Source of the DNA: Takakia lepidozioides
Lineage: Eukaryota; Plantae; Bryophyta
Reading direction: 5' to 3'
DNA: 64,000 bases
NCBI GenBank assembly: GCA_030704615.1
Contig: CM060731.1
Coordinates: forward strand, 16,802,001-16,866,000
Part shown: positions 1 to 12,401 of the stretch, one piece after another
Numbering within the stretch: position 1 is the stretch's first letter
How the letters are laid out: every line of letters starts with the position of its first letter
Program-made: the position numbers and the translations under genes
Notes under the pieces: generated by a model
The model's input: the letters and a program-made list of their open reading frames with translations, nothing else
Told to the model about the DNA's origin: nothing
The model's database searches: none

Positions 1-45
1 GATATGATTTTGACAGTTTCTGGTGGTCTGGTTTATAATTTGTAG

Positions 46-1980
46 GACAGAAGTCTGTCAACAGGGAAATTCTTTTTGGATCTCTTGGGAGCAGTGGAAC
101 CAAGAGTGATCAACTGGTCTCTGGTTACCCAGGGTGAAACAGGTGAGCAGTTAACAATCAATCCTTGAGCATGTCAATGTGAGGTTAGGATTATTTGCAA
201 ATGCAATTTCACTATACTTTGTGGAAGGATTAGTTGTCTGAGCTGACAATCCATTATCTGAGGTCTGCTGAGTGGATCAGCAGTAGGCTGGAGCAAGCCA
301 AGTGCCATAAGATCTGGAAATGGGCTCAAAATGTGGCTACTCTTTTGTATCAGACCATGACTTCTTATAGGTGCAACTGTCTGATGCAGATGAGGATAAG
401 AAGCAAAATGCTAATTACATCATCAGTGTGGCACGGAAGCTTGGGTGCTCTATTTTCCTCTTGTGGGATGACATTGTTGAGGTGGATTTCTCACTCTTTT
501 TCTTCCTTCCTGTTGGTGACAAACATGGAAATCTTCTGATTTGCATTGAGAATTTATAATAGTAAGGCCAGTACTACAGCACCAAACTATAAGAATTGGC
601 TAGGTCTTCTCTCCACAGGGATACTGCCTATGGACCAGCAGCTAGATAAAGAAAAAAGAGCTAGAGCCACTTGAAATTAGACTGCTAGATTAAATATTTT
701 CGTGGGAAGTTCTCGGACAGATCAAACTGTACCCCAAGACCAGAGGGACCATTTGAAATCCGGGGGAGAGAACTGATATAACTACATATATTGTATACAG
801 GTTCCATGTGCATGTTTTGAGGGGGTAGAGCAATTGAAGAGATCCCTTCTTAAATACCTGGAAAGAACCTGCAGGTCGGAAGGAAGCTTTCACTCTCTCT
901 CCAATACTGAAGAAGTTTGGCCATAAGTGAATCAGATGCACAACCATCAGCATCCGGTCCGCAGATAGACAGAGAGGTGTTGTCCCTTTCTTCCGTTTGC
1001 AAAGGGCTTATCTTACACAAATGACTGACATTGGAAAGCTGTGTCTTATGCAAAGATTGAGCTGCAAAGGATCCTGGACTTGGAACACTAGCTCCTCTCG
1101 GTCATACAGAATTTGAGAAAAGAGCTGTGTTTGCTCTGAGCTGACATTGCTGTGAAAAGAGCTTGGGACATATCCTGGTCTTCAATGGTTGAGGGGGAAG
1201 ATGCTCAGAGATTTCACTTACCAAAGGCCTTCTAGCTGTGAATTCTAGCTGGTCTAGGTTCTATTCATCTTCAGCTATCCCTCTGGCCTTGGCATATGGA
1301 GCTCCTAAACCTATGTTCCTTGCCTGTTCCTGTCCTGACGTTTGCCAGGTCTCGGTCCATTATCTTTTGAGCTTGGTGGGCTTGGTGTTCTTTGCCCATC
1401 CCTGGCTGGGGGAATTACCTTGTTCCATTTCTCTCCTTAGGGTTGAGCTTGGCCTTCTGCTTGTGAGAAATCAGTATGCCGACACTCCGAAAAAAGAATG
1501 GTATGGGTGATGGAACATGGTGTTGACTCAGGGGTGGAGAAAGAACCTGAGGGGTCCTACAGCGATAGAGCCAGCCAGCCAGCCAGCCAGTTTCTGAAAA
1601 GATGCACGCTACCTGTGCAGGCCAAAGTTGTACACATGGTTATATGTGACTCCTTTGAAATTCCCTAGTCCGCATGTCAATATTTTCTGGGTATATTTAA
1701 CCTTGTTGTACAAGGATGGCAGACACCCGCTTCTTAGTTGTTATAGATTCACTATAAGATAGCCCCAATCCACTATTGCTACTATTTTAAACTAGATATC
1801 AGTGGTCTTGCAGGAGCTGACCCATGTAGTCTTTCTTGTGGCTCCCTTTTTCAACAGGTTCGGCCAAAGATGATATTGACTTTGACTGCAAGTGTCATGC
1901 TTTGGAGTCTGTCTAGTAAAGCAAATAGAGCTGTGGAGGATGCTGCTGCATTAGAACATGGAGCCGAGTCGTTAACGTAA
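46..1980 (+). CDS. FIM: Fimbrin/plastin, last three coding exons (46-142, 390-481, 1858-1980); CH4 domain and stop; gene starts upstream of the window
   Basis: GT-AG spliced translation [81 protein letters not shown]...SLT*, the typical plant fimbrin CH4; exon phases are consistent. Confidence 0.95.
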
Positions 1981-2744
1981 GGTTTTATTCCTTTTAGTAA
2001 GCATTTGATTGAAGGTTTGTTGGTCACTTATCAACTTACTGGCAAAGATATCCTTTGCAGAGTTGAATCCTTGACTATGGAGCTTGCCAATTGTAGGCCT
2101 CTCTATGTGCAGGGTCTGTAGATTTTCTGTACCTATTCATCCCTACCCCTCCAACTCTGAGGATTGTGCATTGTCTGCAATTATGTTCGATAGATTCATT
2201 GAATAAATTTGAGAGTTTCGGGGTGGAAATTTCCACCATGGAGGCATCACTTTGGAATTATTTTGTGAGCTTGTGGGAGGGGAGAGAAGGGATATCCATG
2301 GGAATGAGATGAAACTTTCAAGGTAGATATAGTTGGGTGTGTTTTGTTATGATAGGGATGAAAAGGGGCCAGTGATTTGCTTCCACTGCTAAATGCAACC
2401 TTTTGAGTTACTAGAAAAGCCTAACTGCTGGCTTGACACTGAAGGAGCATGCACATTGGGCGCCAAGACGAAAAGCCTATGTAATGAGGACAAGTGCACC
2501 TGGTATTCAGGTTACTGGAATCATGGCTATCAAATGCCTCCTATGTGAGGGTACCATCTTTATGATCCATGGCTTTGAACTCAATTTTCGCCTCACATTT
2601 AGGGCGTGGTGGGGAACGTGCTGTCCATAGTTCTTACAAGGTTGTGACCCCTTTGTATTGCTAATAAATAGTGTAGGCCCCTGGTCATCAGGGGCTTAGG
2701 AAAATGGACTCTCCTTGCTGTTTCATTCTCCTATAAAAGTACAA

Positions 2745-2872
2745 GTTAGAGGTAAAGCTAACCCTCTTTCCAAATGTGAGGCAAGAAGATTATACCAGAC
2801 ATGAGGAGGTAGCAGGATTTGAACCCAGCATCACTTGGGTGCCACTCAGTGCTCTATCCAACTGACTGGCGG
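2745..2872 (-). mobile_element. tRNA-derived SINE, copy 1
   Basis: Minus strand reads cagttggatagagcactgagtggcacccaagtgatgctgggttcaaatcctgctac (A-box and B-box like); head and tail are similar to copies at about 6390 and 30300. Confidence 0.7.
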
Positions 2873-4509
2873 TAAAGTCATGACCAATTATAAGTAGTAC
2901 AGTACAGTACAGTTTGTTGGCCCTGCCTTTCTAAGGCAGGACTATGCAAAGGGTTTTGATGCTTAGCACCAATAATTGCCATCACATCAAAGTCTACATA
3001 GTCAATAGAAAGCCTCTACGTAGTCGTGAAAAGCAGGTGTGGCGGATTTTGCCACTTTTTCGGCCTAATTCTCAGGCCGAATCGGCCACCCAGGGCAGAA
3101 TCCGCAGGGATGGCCGATTACGCACAGAGGACGGCAGACCTAACTGAGGCCCATGTCATCAGCCATCAACCCACCGGCTCGCCCAAAGGCCGCTTACAGC
3201 TTACAGGGCAGAATCGGCCAAACACGGCCCGTTCTCTAGTACAATAAATATTGCCCACATAGTCAGTAAAAATTGTCTACTACATAGGTCAATAACATAA
3301 TTTCACAACTAAATAGCCTCTATGATCTATGTAATACAGAATTTTTCACAGAGAATTGTGACGTCTCAAATATTTTACCTTTTTAAAAATAGGAATTGTA
3401 GGGCCTGAGTAGGGTTAGTCATCTCTTTGTTTTCTAAAAACCAGTCTACCCCTTTTTGCAGGAATGCTGTTTAAAATAAAATTAATAGGGATGAGAGAGG
3501 AGAGTAGAAAGGTAATAAATAAATAAAAGGGGGATTGGGAGTGTAAAGAACGTGAGCAGCAATGAGTAGTAGGTTGCTTGACGCAATGTTTGGAAGTTTA
3601 GGATGGATGGGTGTTGAGGAAGGGCATACGGTTGAACATGATGTGGATATGGCAAGAGCATCCACATTGCCCAACATATGTTTGATAGGGTGGGATTTTT
3701 TGGTGCTCACCTAAGAGCATCCCCACCCTTCTCACTGAAATGGCCCCTCTACGTCCCGTTTTGAAGAGGTTGGTTCAGGAGGTTGGTTCAGGACTCTCCA
3801 AAGGTGTGTGAAGGGGTCGGCTGTTCGTAGCCACACCCTTGCCCCTCGTTACGCCCATGTATCCAATGTCCCCGCCTTGCTGGAGTTCCCAGCGACGTTC
3901 TCATACGCTCTAACAGGCTTCTCATAAGCTTATCACATGCTTCTCATACGCGCCAGCACGCTCTAACATATCCTTGGTCGGGACGACTCGGTTCAGGGAT
4001 GGGTTGAGAAGATTGAAAAGAGAGGCGGTTCAGTGTCCACCCTTAACGGCGTATATGGTAGCGGGGCAAGGGTGTGGTACGTTTGGAGGCAAATCTGAAC
4101 ATGTATACAAGAAGTACGGGTGCAGGGGTCCATAGAGGCGTAGGGTGGGGATGCTCTAAGCCTCATTTTTTCATTGTACAAGTCTTTCATTGTGTAGTTC
4201 AATGAGGGCGTTGATGGTATAGATCGTATCTCACTCCTGCTACGTTGCTCAATCTTGGCCATTGATTCAAGAGGGATCAGGACTTGCTTTGCTTAGTGGT
4301 AGCCATTTTCGGCACTAAGTTAGGGGACGCGACTTGGGCTTAGAGTATAAGTTTAGGAAATTGGAATGGATGTATTCTTTGGGTGTACAACCTAGTGTCC
4401 ATTCTTGGTGCACATGTGCTGAGAAATCTCTATGATGGCTAATAATCATATAATATGATATATGACGCCTCCCAAAAGAAGCATAAATTATGGTGTCTCT
4501 TGATCCTCA

Positions 4510-4630
4510 AGGGCTACTGCCTTCCTTCCGGCGGGAAAGTGGACACCTTTGTGACACCGATTGGTGGATTGAACCCACAACCACTTCCGAGGTGGTATGT
4601 GCGTATGTGCCCATTACAACCTGGTTGATG
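4510..4630 (-). mobile_element. Possible second tRNA-derived SINE remnant
   Basis: Minus strand has B-box-like gggttcaatccacc; the A-box is poor. Confidence 0.3.
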
Positions 4631-4920
4631 ATAGCTACATCATATGGAACTAGTTTGTGATTCCCTCTACATTTATTTTAGCATGGAGAACGAACTAAAC
4701 CACCACCTTTCAAGGCTCGACTCAGGCGTCTCCTATCCTCGTGACTCTTGAAATGGAGACATGTAGCTAGATTGAGGAGTGTTGCTTGATATGCATGAGA
4801 GAGTTTAATTTTTATATGCACTAATTAAACATTAATACTTTTCTTAAATGAAAAAAATACTTTTTTTCATTTAGGTTATTAGGTCTCAACTAAAAGTGGA
4901 CTAATTTTTGGGGTTTCTAC

Positions 4921-5529
4921 CAGTGTTGTACTGGTATATAGGGTTATCCCGGGTATCAATAGTGAGTATCAACCTGAACCTACCAGGCGGATATGTGTCA
5001 ACCGCAAAACCTAGGGTAGACAGGTACTATCCTAATATATCCCCTTTTGCTACCTGGCTAATACTCATACCCTCCCAGAAGCCATAGCTCGATACCAGTA
5101 CTCTAGACACGGATTGCCCCGTTTTTCCTCTGGATTCCTGGGTAGGGTCTTGCTTCATGCAGAAGCACATTACTATGGTGCATGTTGACGGCACCGCAGA
5201 GGATATCTTGTAGTTAGGGGGCATTTTTATAGTTTTGGGGTGGTCGTTTAATTGTAGGCGCGATTACAGCCGTAGTGGCGGGGTAGGGAGGCAAAATCTA
5301 GCTGATATTATATACCGGGGTTGATATGTCCCTGGTATTATCTTCCACAATAACCTGATATTCATTCCATCTGGAGGTTTTTGAAAAAACCAATACCTAT
5401 ACTTATACTTATACCTTCCCTGGACCTTGACCTTACCTACCTAGGACCATACCAGCCTGAAGAAAGAAGGGGCCTCTCAAGACCAGGACCAGGCTGGTAT
5501 ATTATAATTCCAATACCAGTACAACACTG
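4921..5529. mobile_element. Non-autonomous hAT element (MITE)
   Basis: 17-bp perfect TIR CAGTGTTGTACTGGTAT / ATACCAGTACAACACTG, flanked by 8-bp TSD GTTTCTAC (4913-4920 and 5530-5537). Confidence 0.9.
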
Positions 5530-6155
5530 GTTTCTACTGCGTACATTTTCAGTTAGGCTAATTGTACGAGGCCCCGCCTTAACCATATGTAATAAGCTGC
5601 CAAAGAGTGGGGTGTTAATTGTTGACAGTTTTATTGGGATTTTGTTAAATCTCAGAAAAACAATAACATGTAGTAGCGTAAAGTGGATGCATATTTGGTG
5701 ACATCCAACATACACCTATGTGGCCCATGACCACTTGTAAGGCGGCTTTGTGCCCTAATCATTAGCCATTTGTGTGATATTTCAATCTAAAGAAATCATA
5801 AGCGACCACTCATAAATCGTCAGCTTTTAATATTAGTGAGAGAAAAATATAACCTCTTTCAAAGTAAGCTTGTCATAGAAGTGCCAAGGGCCGACATAAT
5901 TGAAGTACCATAACAGAGAACTTCAACTTAATGAACATTCTTATTTGTTTATTATTATATAACACGTGTACCACACAACCTATAAGTTTCATGTCTACGT
6001 CAATATTTGGAATTCTCTAGTAATCTTTGCAGAAAATGCATTGTGTCTTATTTGAGCATAAGAAATGTAAAATATTGCATGTTATGAATGAAAGCCCATT
6101 GTGAGCAATTGATCCTGGTCAAAGTTTTAAGACAAAAATAAAATAAACATTCTTT

Positions 6156-6223
6156 GTAGGATAAACTGGGATGGGTGACCGCCTGGGAAGTCCTACCGCG
6201 TGGGAAGTCCCACTGCTACATCC
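6156..6223 (+). pseudogene. 5S rRNA 3' fragment (internal element/C-box region)
   Basis: actgggatgggtgaccgcctgggaagtcct matches 5S ACTAGGATGGGTGACCTCCTGGGAAGTCCT; the 5' half is missing and tgggaagtcc is locally duplicated. Confidence 0.7.
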
Positions 6224-6384
6224 AATGATTGGATTGTATGATGCCATGGCTGGTAATAAGGGCCCCAGAGTGGTGACAATATTTTTTGTCCCTTCGTGAT
6301 AAAATTGGACAAGATAAGCATGGCCCCTGTGCTGCAAGGATGCCATGCACAAATTGAGAAATGGTCCACAATATTCTCATCACC

Positions 6385-6560
6385 AATCAATAGCTCAGTT
6401 GGATAGTGCATTGAGTGCCACAAAGGTGATTCTGGGTTTGATTTTGCTATCTGATAGGGTGCGGTGATATATCTTCTCCCACTTCCCTTGGACAGTGTAC
6501 CATGAGCCTTGTGAGCTCAAGGTGAAGTTACTTTGAAAGAGGTTATCTCTCCACTCCCTA
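6385..6560 (+). mobile_element. tRNA-derived SINE, copy 2
   Basis: tagctcagttggatagtgcattgagtgccacaaaggtgattctgggtttgattttgctat (A-box, degenerate B-box), then a tail like tgaaagaggttatctctcc. Confidence 0.7.
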
Positions 6561-6845
6561 CAATTATGGGGCCTGATTTAGGAGAACCATGCTCCGCTCT
6601 ACCCTTAATAACAATAATAGTCGGCATCGGCAACGGCAACAACCCAAAAACATAATAATAATCAACAAATCAAATAGAGGCAAGTGGTGCGTCCAACAAC
6701 TGGAAATCGTCATCGTCATCATCATCGTCAAGGTCCACTCCCGGCTCCTTGTCCTCGTCCAAAGGGTTGCGGAGAAGGAGAACGGAATGGAAATTGTCCC
6801 TTGAGCACTCCACATCCTGAATGGAATTCACACGTAACGAAGGGA

Positions 6846-7620
6846 TTACCTCGGAACAAATTTCCAATGGAGACGTCGTTTGACAGGAAGGCCATAATCC
6901 ACAGATTTTCTGGCCTGGAGTAAAACAAGAACATCAGACCCAGTATTAGGGAAAATAAAATGACGAGTTAGAATTCAGATATAAGTAATTTTACCTGACT
7001 CCTTCTGATTTGGGCTGTCTAACCCTCGTGCTGGGTAGAGAAGGAGGGAAGAGAGGCAACAGTGTGCTGCGGAGCCACAGCCTCAGCCGCATCCTCAATG
7101 GCTGACATTCTGGAGGTAGATTTCAGACCCTTGACACTTCAAAGGGAGGGTGAGGAAGATTGTAGAGTGAGGTCCACGAAATCCCCTGCACATTTGTCAG
7201 GTTGGCTTCCACCTTCGACATTCAATCCTACACAATCACGCGACGGAACATCCTTTTCAGGAATGGACTGAAGAAGAAGGTCGTGCAATTGAACGGAAGC
7301 CAAGTGCCTGGATGATGCTTCACCGTCGATGACAGAAATCTGAACATTAATTTGAATGTTGTCCCTCTGTCGACGAATTTCTGATATGGAGGATTCCAAT
7401 GGAGGTCCCGACGAGAAGTTTGTATCTGCAGCATCTCCATGAACCTGCCCAAACGAACTCGCATGATCTATGTACAGACAAAAGATAACCTCCACTGTAC
7501 AATGGAGGTTGTCGGATTTGAAAAAGCCCCCAAGACGAGTTTCGGAAAAGGCCTGTATCCCATAGGATCGGGGTGGTATAGGGTGGAGAAACGCATGGGT
7601 GAGACTATGAAATAGCAAAC
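6846..7620 (-). pseudogene. Terminal exons of the minus-strand cassette, unknown product
   Basis: 159-aa ORF 7139-7618 continues past stops to a donor (cag|gtaa near 6994) and an acceptor (ctccag near 6915), then ARKSVDYGLPVKRRLHWKFVPR*. Confidence 0.4.
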
Positions 7621-8509
7621 AATTTCATGTCAATTCACATTGAAACGGAAATCACATTAGACAACAGTCAATATAGAAATACAATACAACCTAGAGAAAA
7701 ACCAAACAAAAATATAGATTGCATCATAGACGTGGTTGATCAATAAAATCTTTATTTTGAAGCATCATATCGGAGATTCCCGTAATTAGAATCATCAATA
7801 TAATCCAAGAGAGGCTTAAACTTGGGATCGGTGGAAACATTCTGATAAGGCTTAAGTCATATATATCCTCTTTTCCCTGAGATAACTGGAAACGATGCAA
7901 GATTTCTTCATTTCAAGCAAATATTTCTAGAGAACCTTCTGGAGATAGGAAGAGTCTGTGTCAATGGATTCAAACGATTTTAGAATTAGACAGGATTCAG
8001 ACGGGTTCAACACACACTTAATAGCATAATCGTCCATGAGTAGAGTGTTACTCCTGTTGTACTGACCACCAAATCTTTGCCAGACCATCATCAATGGCTT
8101 CAAGAACAGACTCGGTGGGTCGTATTCTGATATAAATTGAGGGTGGACAGAAGTAGGACAAGAGATACAATCTTCTTGAGACATAACGAATGTCGGCTGA
8201 GAAAGACCCCGAAGCATAAAGTCCAGGACAAGCTGCAAGTTCTTGTACATCACTACAACAGATCGCGGTATATATGACTATCCCGTAGTCATAAACGGTA
8301 CATATGACTACAATGACTTTAAGTCGTGCAAACCAAGTGAATACAATGAGTACAGTATGGTCGGTCATGGATGACTGCAGTAAGATGAACCAAGTGATAC
8401 ATCTCACTATCATGTGGCAGTCATACGTACTTCTACCATACATGACTTAGTGTGCTGCTGCAAACTGTACACGTGTCTCTTTTTAATAAGTCTAGGAGGT
8501 TTTGTGGAT

Positions 8510-8750
8510 GTGCGCCATATGGCGTCTCCAGAATCTGCCACGTGGCATATCCATGAGGTGGTCATGCAGTCATCATTCTGACTACAACCATGCTAATATC
8601 TGGACACGTGGCATATATTGAGGAGGTCTTGTAGTCATGATCCTGACTACAACATGCTGATATCTAGACACGTGGCATGTATTGAGGAGGTCTTGCAGTC
8701 ATGATCCTGACTATGACATGATGATATGTGGACACGTGACATCATATGAG
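8510..8750. repeat. About 60-bp tandem repeats in the CACTA left subterminal region
   Basis: 3-4 copies of tctggacacgtggcatatattgaggaggtcttgcagtcatgatcctgactacaacatgct, each with CACGTG. Confidence 0.8.
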
Positions 8751-9204
8751 GGGTTGTTTGGAACTTTTAAATGTATTGAACAGTCAGAACCATGACTATG
8801 CTTATCTCATTAGGGTTAGTAGAGACTAGGGTTAGTATTATTCAAATATTGAACAAAGAGAATAACAAAGGGAAGAACAAAGAGACAAAAAATGACTGTG
8901 CAAATGAATGTTTTATTCACATGCAAGAATCATATGAAAGAACAAAGTCAGCAAGTGCAAAGGACAAAACATAGGCACTTAAAGATAACAGTAGATGTAA
9001 GAGCTTTTCTTAAACTATTGCCAGTCAAATTTACAATATAGCACCGAAGTCCCAAAATCTGGCTCCTCAAACAATAGTCTGACAAAGTGCAAAGGACACT
9101 ACATATGCACTGAAGATAACAACACATGCAAAATGCGAATGTCGTTCTACGTTTGCTACTGTTCCAGCACAACAACAAATCAGCAGGATAGGGTGCACCC
9201 ACAT

Positions 9205-9620
9205 TTCGCATGTACACATCCACGAGGGTATTGTTCAGAATGAATGTATTTGGTACAATTCCAGCTCTGACAATGTTACCATGGACTTCTGTGCCTTTTT
9301 CCAGAGCTGTCAGGCTTGCACATGCATTGCAAATGCACAAAGAAGTGATGTGGTCGGGCTTCACCCCTTCCCCCATCATTTGATCATAGGTCTCCAAAGC
9401 CTCCATACCACGCCTCTGTTGTGCATACCCTGCAACCATCGCATTCTACGACACCACATCTCATTCAGCCATAGTGTTGAAAACTCCTTTCGCATCCTTA
9501 ATGCACCCACATTTGGCGTACATGTCCACCAGGGCAATGTTCAGAATGACATCCGGTACAATTACAGCTTTGACGATGTCACCATGGACCTCTTTCTGGC
9601 CCTCTTGGATGAATCTGGAC
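9205..9620 (-). pseudogene. PLS-class PPR gene fragment, CACTA cargo
   Basis: ALVDMYAKCGCIKDAKGVFNTMAE*DVVS*NAMVAGYAQQRRGMEALETYDQMMGEGVKPDHITSLCICNACASLTALEKGTEVHG, with in-frame stops. Confidence 0.9.
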
Positions 9621-9964
9621 CCACACTCTATCCCTGCTCCTTCAGCTATCCATGCCTCTGCACAAATCATGCATACATCCTTGCCTTGCTGCTAGCAGCT
9701 AACGATGACAGCTTAGATTTGTTCTAGGAAACACCCAACTCAACTTATCACACTAGTTTCTATGCTCAATTGCATCTGCTACTCTCTATAATCAGACAGA
9801 CATTCACATTCTTGCCTCGATTGTCCCACCATTGACTGGGTAAGAAAAGTATTCATTCCACAACTTCTCCTCATCTCTGTTACCTGTTTCTGGATACTTT
9901 CCTGTTGTCACATTGGCAGTATCATTTCAAAGTCACTCCAAACTGGTTCACTCAACCAACTAAC

Positions 9965-11240
9965 ATGCAGAATTCAACATGGAAACTTAGGGTCGATTAT
10001 GATAAGAAGGAAAAATATGGTGAAATGTGTTGAAGAAGGTGCCTTCATTAGCTGTGCCTGATTTGTCAATTCCACCGCTACTGCTGCAGCTTCAGCTTCC
10101 AGTTGACCATCTATCCATGCAGGTTGCTAGGCTATTGATCCACAGGGAATCATAGGAGCTGAAGTCCATACATGTCCACCAGGGCAGCTTTGACGATGTG
10201 ATCACCATGGATCTCTTTCCCCTTTCCCAGAGCTCCCAGGCTTGCACACGCATTGCAAACACAAACAAATATGATGTGGTTGGGATTCTCCCCTTTGCAC
10301 ATCATTTAATGCTCACAGTTCTCAAAAGCCTCCATCCCACACCCTCGTTGTGCATATTCTGCAATCATCGCACTCCACAACACCCACATCTTGTTCAGCC
10401 ATACTGTCAAACACTCCCTTCATACATGTCCACGAGGGTATTGTTCATAATGACATGTGGTACAATTGCAGCTCTCACAATGTCACCATGGACCTCTTTG
10501 CCCTTCTCCAGAGCTACCAGGCTTGCACACGCAGTATAAACTATCAAAGGTTCATTCAACCAATAACTTACAGAAATTCAACATGAAAATTTAGGGCCGA
10601 TTTTGAGAAGAGGGAAAAACAGGGTGAAATGTGTTGAAGAAGGTTTCCTTCATTAGCAGTGCCTAATTTTATCAATTGTGCCACTGCTGCTGTGGCTTCC
10701 AGTTCACCATCTACCCATGCAGGTTTATTGTAGCAATGGATCCACAGGGAATCATAGGTAATCTTGTGCTTGAAATCCGGCCCTCTTCCAGCAAACACCC
10801 CAACCCTAATGATGAGAGGGCAAAACAGATTGAAATAGGTTGAAGAAAAAGGTGCCCTCACCAATTTAGGGCCGATTCTGATAAGAGGGGAAAATAGGGT
10901 GAAATGTGTTGAAGAAGGTGCCTTGAGTAGCCGTGCCTGATTTTATCAATTGTGTCGTTTTTGCTGCGACTTCCACAACAGAGATTGAAACGCGGCTTGC
11001 TAAGACCAAGCTGACTCTCCCAAGAACCTTGTAAACATTAGGAAGAATACCAAATCATAACAGGAGCCAAGAGCCCACATTTGCAGGATGGACTAACTTA
11101 GAACTTTACATTTGTACATTAAGAAAAAGCCACACCTTGTGATTGCGGTTATCCCACCATCGTGTAGAAATTCAGGGCCGAATCTGATGAGAGGTCAAAA
11201 CAGGCTGAAATAGGTCGAAGAAGAAGGTGCCCTCACCACA
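9965..11240 (-). repeat. Repeated unidentified captured segment, about 4-5 partial copies
   Basis: aatttagggccgatt...gaaatgtgttgaagaaggtgcc recurs near 9985, 10590, 10810, 10865 and 11170. Confidence 0.75.
10160..10530 (-). pseudogene. Second PLS-class PPR fragment, CACTA cargo
   Basis: Minus strand ACASLVALEKGKEVHGDIVRAAIVPHVIMNNTLVDMYE..., paralogous to 9205-9620, with frameshifts. Confidence 0.85.
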
Positions 11241-12401
11241 TTGTCCTCGACCTTGTGTCATGACCCATGGAGGATTTGACTGACCATGAACACAATAGGA
11301 CCTCTTGTGTATGTTGCTTGTGTCTGTAGTCAGTAATGTCGGATTGGTTTGTGAGAACCACCACGGTGCAGCCAGAAACGGGCGTCGATTGAAACACGGA
11401 CTGCTAAGACCAAGCTGTCTCTCCCAAGAACCTTGTGAACATCAGGAAGAATACCAAATCATGGTACTAACAGGAGCCAACAGCCCATTGCGGTTGCGGT
11501 GCAGGATGCGCTTCGCCCCTTCATGCATCAGTAGCTCAAGAATAGCAAAGCCTCCATCCCATGCCCCTATCCTGCGATCATCGTGTTCCATGACAGGTCC
11601 ATGACACAACACAACAGCTCGATACTAAGAAACTGCGTAGGAGAAAAAGAAAAAGAAAACTAAGTCCCAGCCCTCTCATGGGCAACCCTATAAACAACTT
11701 TTAAGGAAAAAAAAACATTTTGGCTACCAGGCTTGCACTATAAGTCATTCCGACGACTATTTGGTGGTGAGCTCGTGCTGGTCAACCATTGTTGACCAAC
11801 CATCCGTCTAGTGCGGAGCCATGCAGTCATGAGGACGTCTACCAAAGTAGTCGCCCAAAGGACTACGTAGTCACATAGTCATTTCAACGACTACGTGAAA
11901 CTCCATTTGGTCCAAAAATATAGGGAAGTCATGGTCAAAGTCAGAAAAACCATGACTACCACGGTTCGACAGTCAGATATACCGCGATTTGTTGTAGTGC
12001 ATCATGCACCTCCATATTCCTCGACGGAAATGTTTGTTCAACTCTGTCCACATCTCACGATATTTTTCCCGCCTATAGACAAGTCAAAATCCAACAAGAG
12101 CTGGTATCTTGTAGTCTGCCTCGAACATTCAGGGGATATTGTAGCTCTTCTGGTGCTTCAAGACTTTGCACAAAACTCCATTCAGGTCAAAAATTATCAT
12201 GCGCAATCCTTTCGCAAGTGGAGAAATTGGTGCTGCAATCTGTGAGAAATTCATACATCCACTTAGGTGGTAATCAAGATAAACCATGGACAGGATTGAC
12301 ATTGGGAGCAACGTCCACTGGACAGTCGAGGTTCAGGATAATCTTGAGCAGCCATCTACGTTTCAATCTGTTCCAATGAAGTGTCATGAAATTTTTGTTT
12401 T

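Larger units (their letters stand above)
8251..11999. mobile_element. Non-autonomous Pack-type CACTA (EnSpm) transposon
   Basis: Left TIR CACTACAACAGATCGCGGTATATATGACT; right end reverse complement CACTACAACAAATCGCGGTATATCTGACT; 3-bp TSD CAT (8248-8250 and 12000-12002); dense GACTAC/GTAGTC subterminal repeats; no transposase. Confidence 0.95.
7927..12311 (-). pseudogene. FCP1/SCP-like (NIF) HAD phosphatase domain 2, split by the CACTA insertion
   Basis: Motif I IIFDLNGVLC near 12180. Removing 8251-11999 plus one TSD copy restores the in-frame sequence WTELNKHFRRGIWRCM-MYKNLQLVLDF...SQEDC...FLKPL..VW...SNTLLMDDYAIKCVLNP. Premature stops are present. Confidence 0.85.

Noticed and set aside
690-1510. 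Nested gene in the last fimbrin intron
   Set aside because: Short ORFs without recognisable motifs; at most a highly decayed retroelement remnant.
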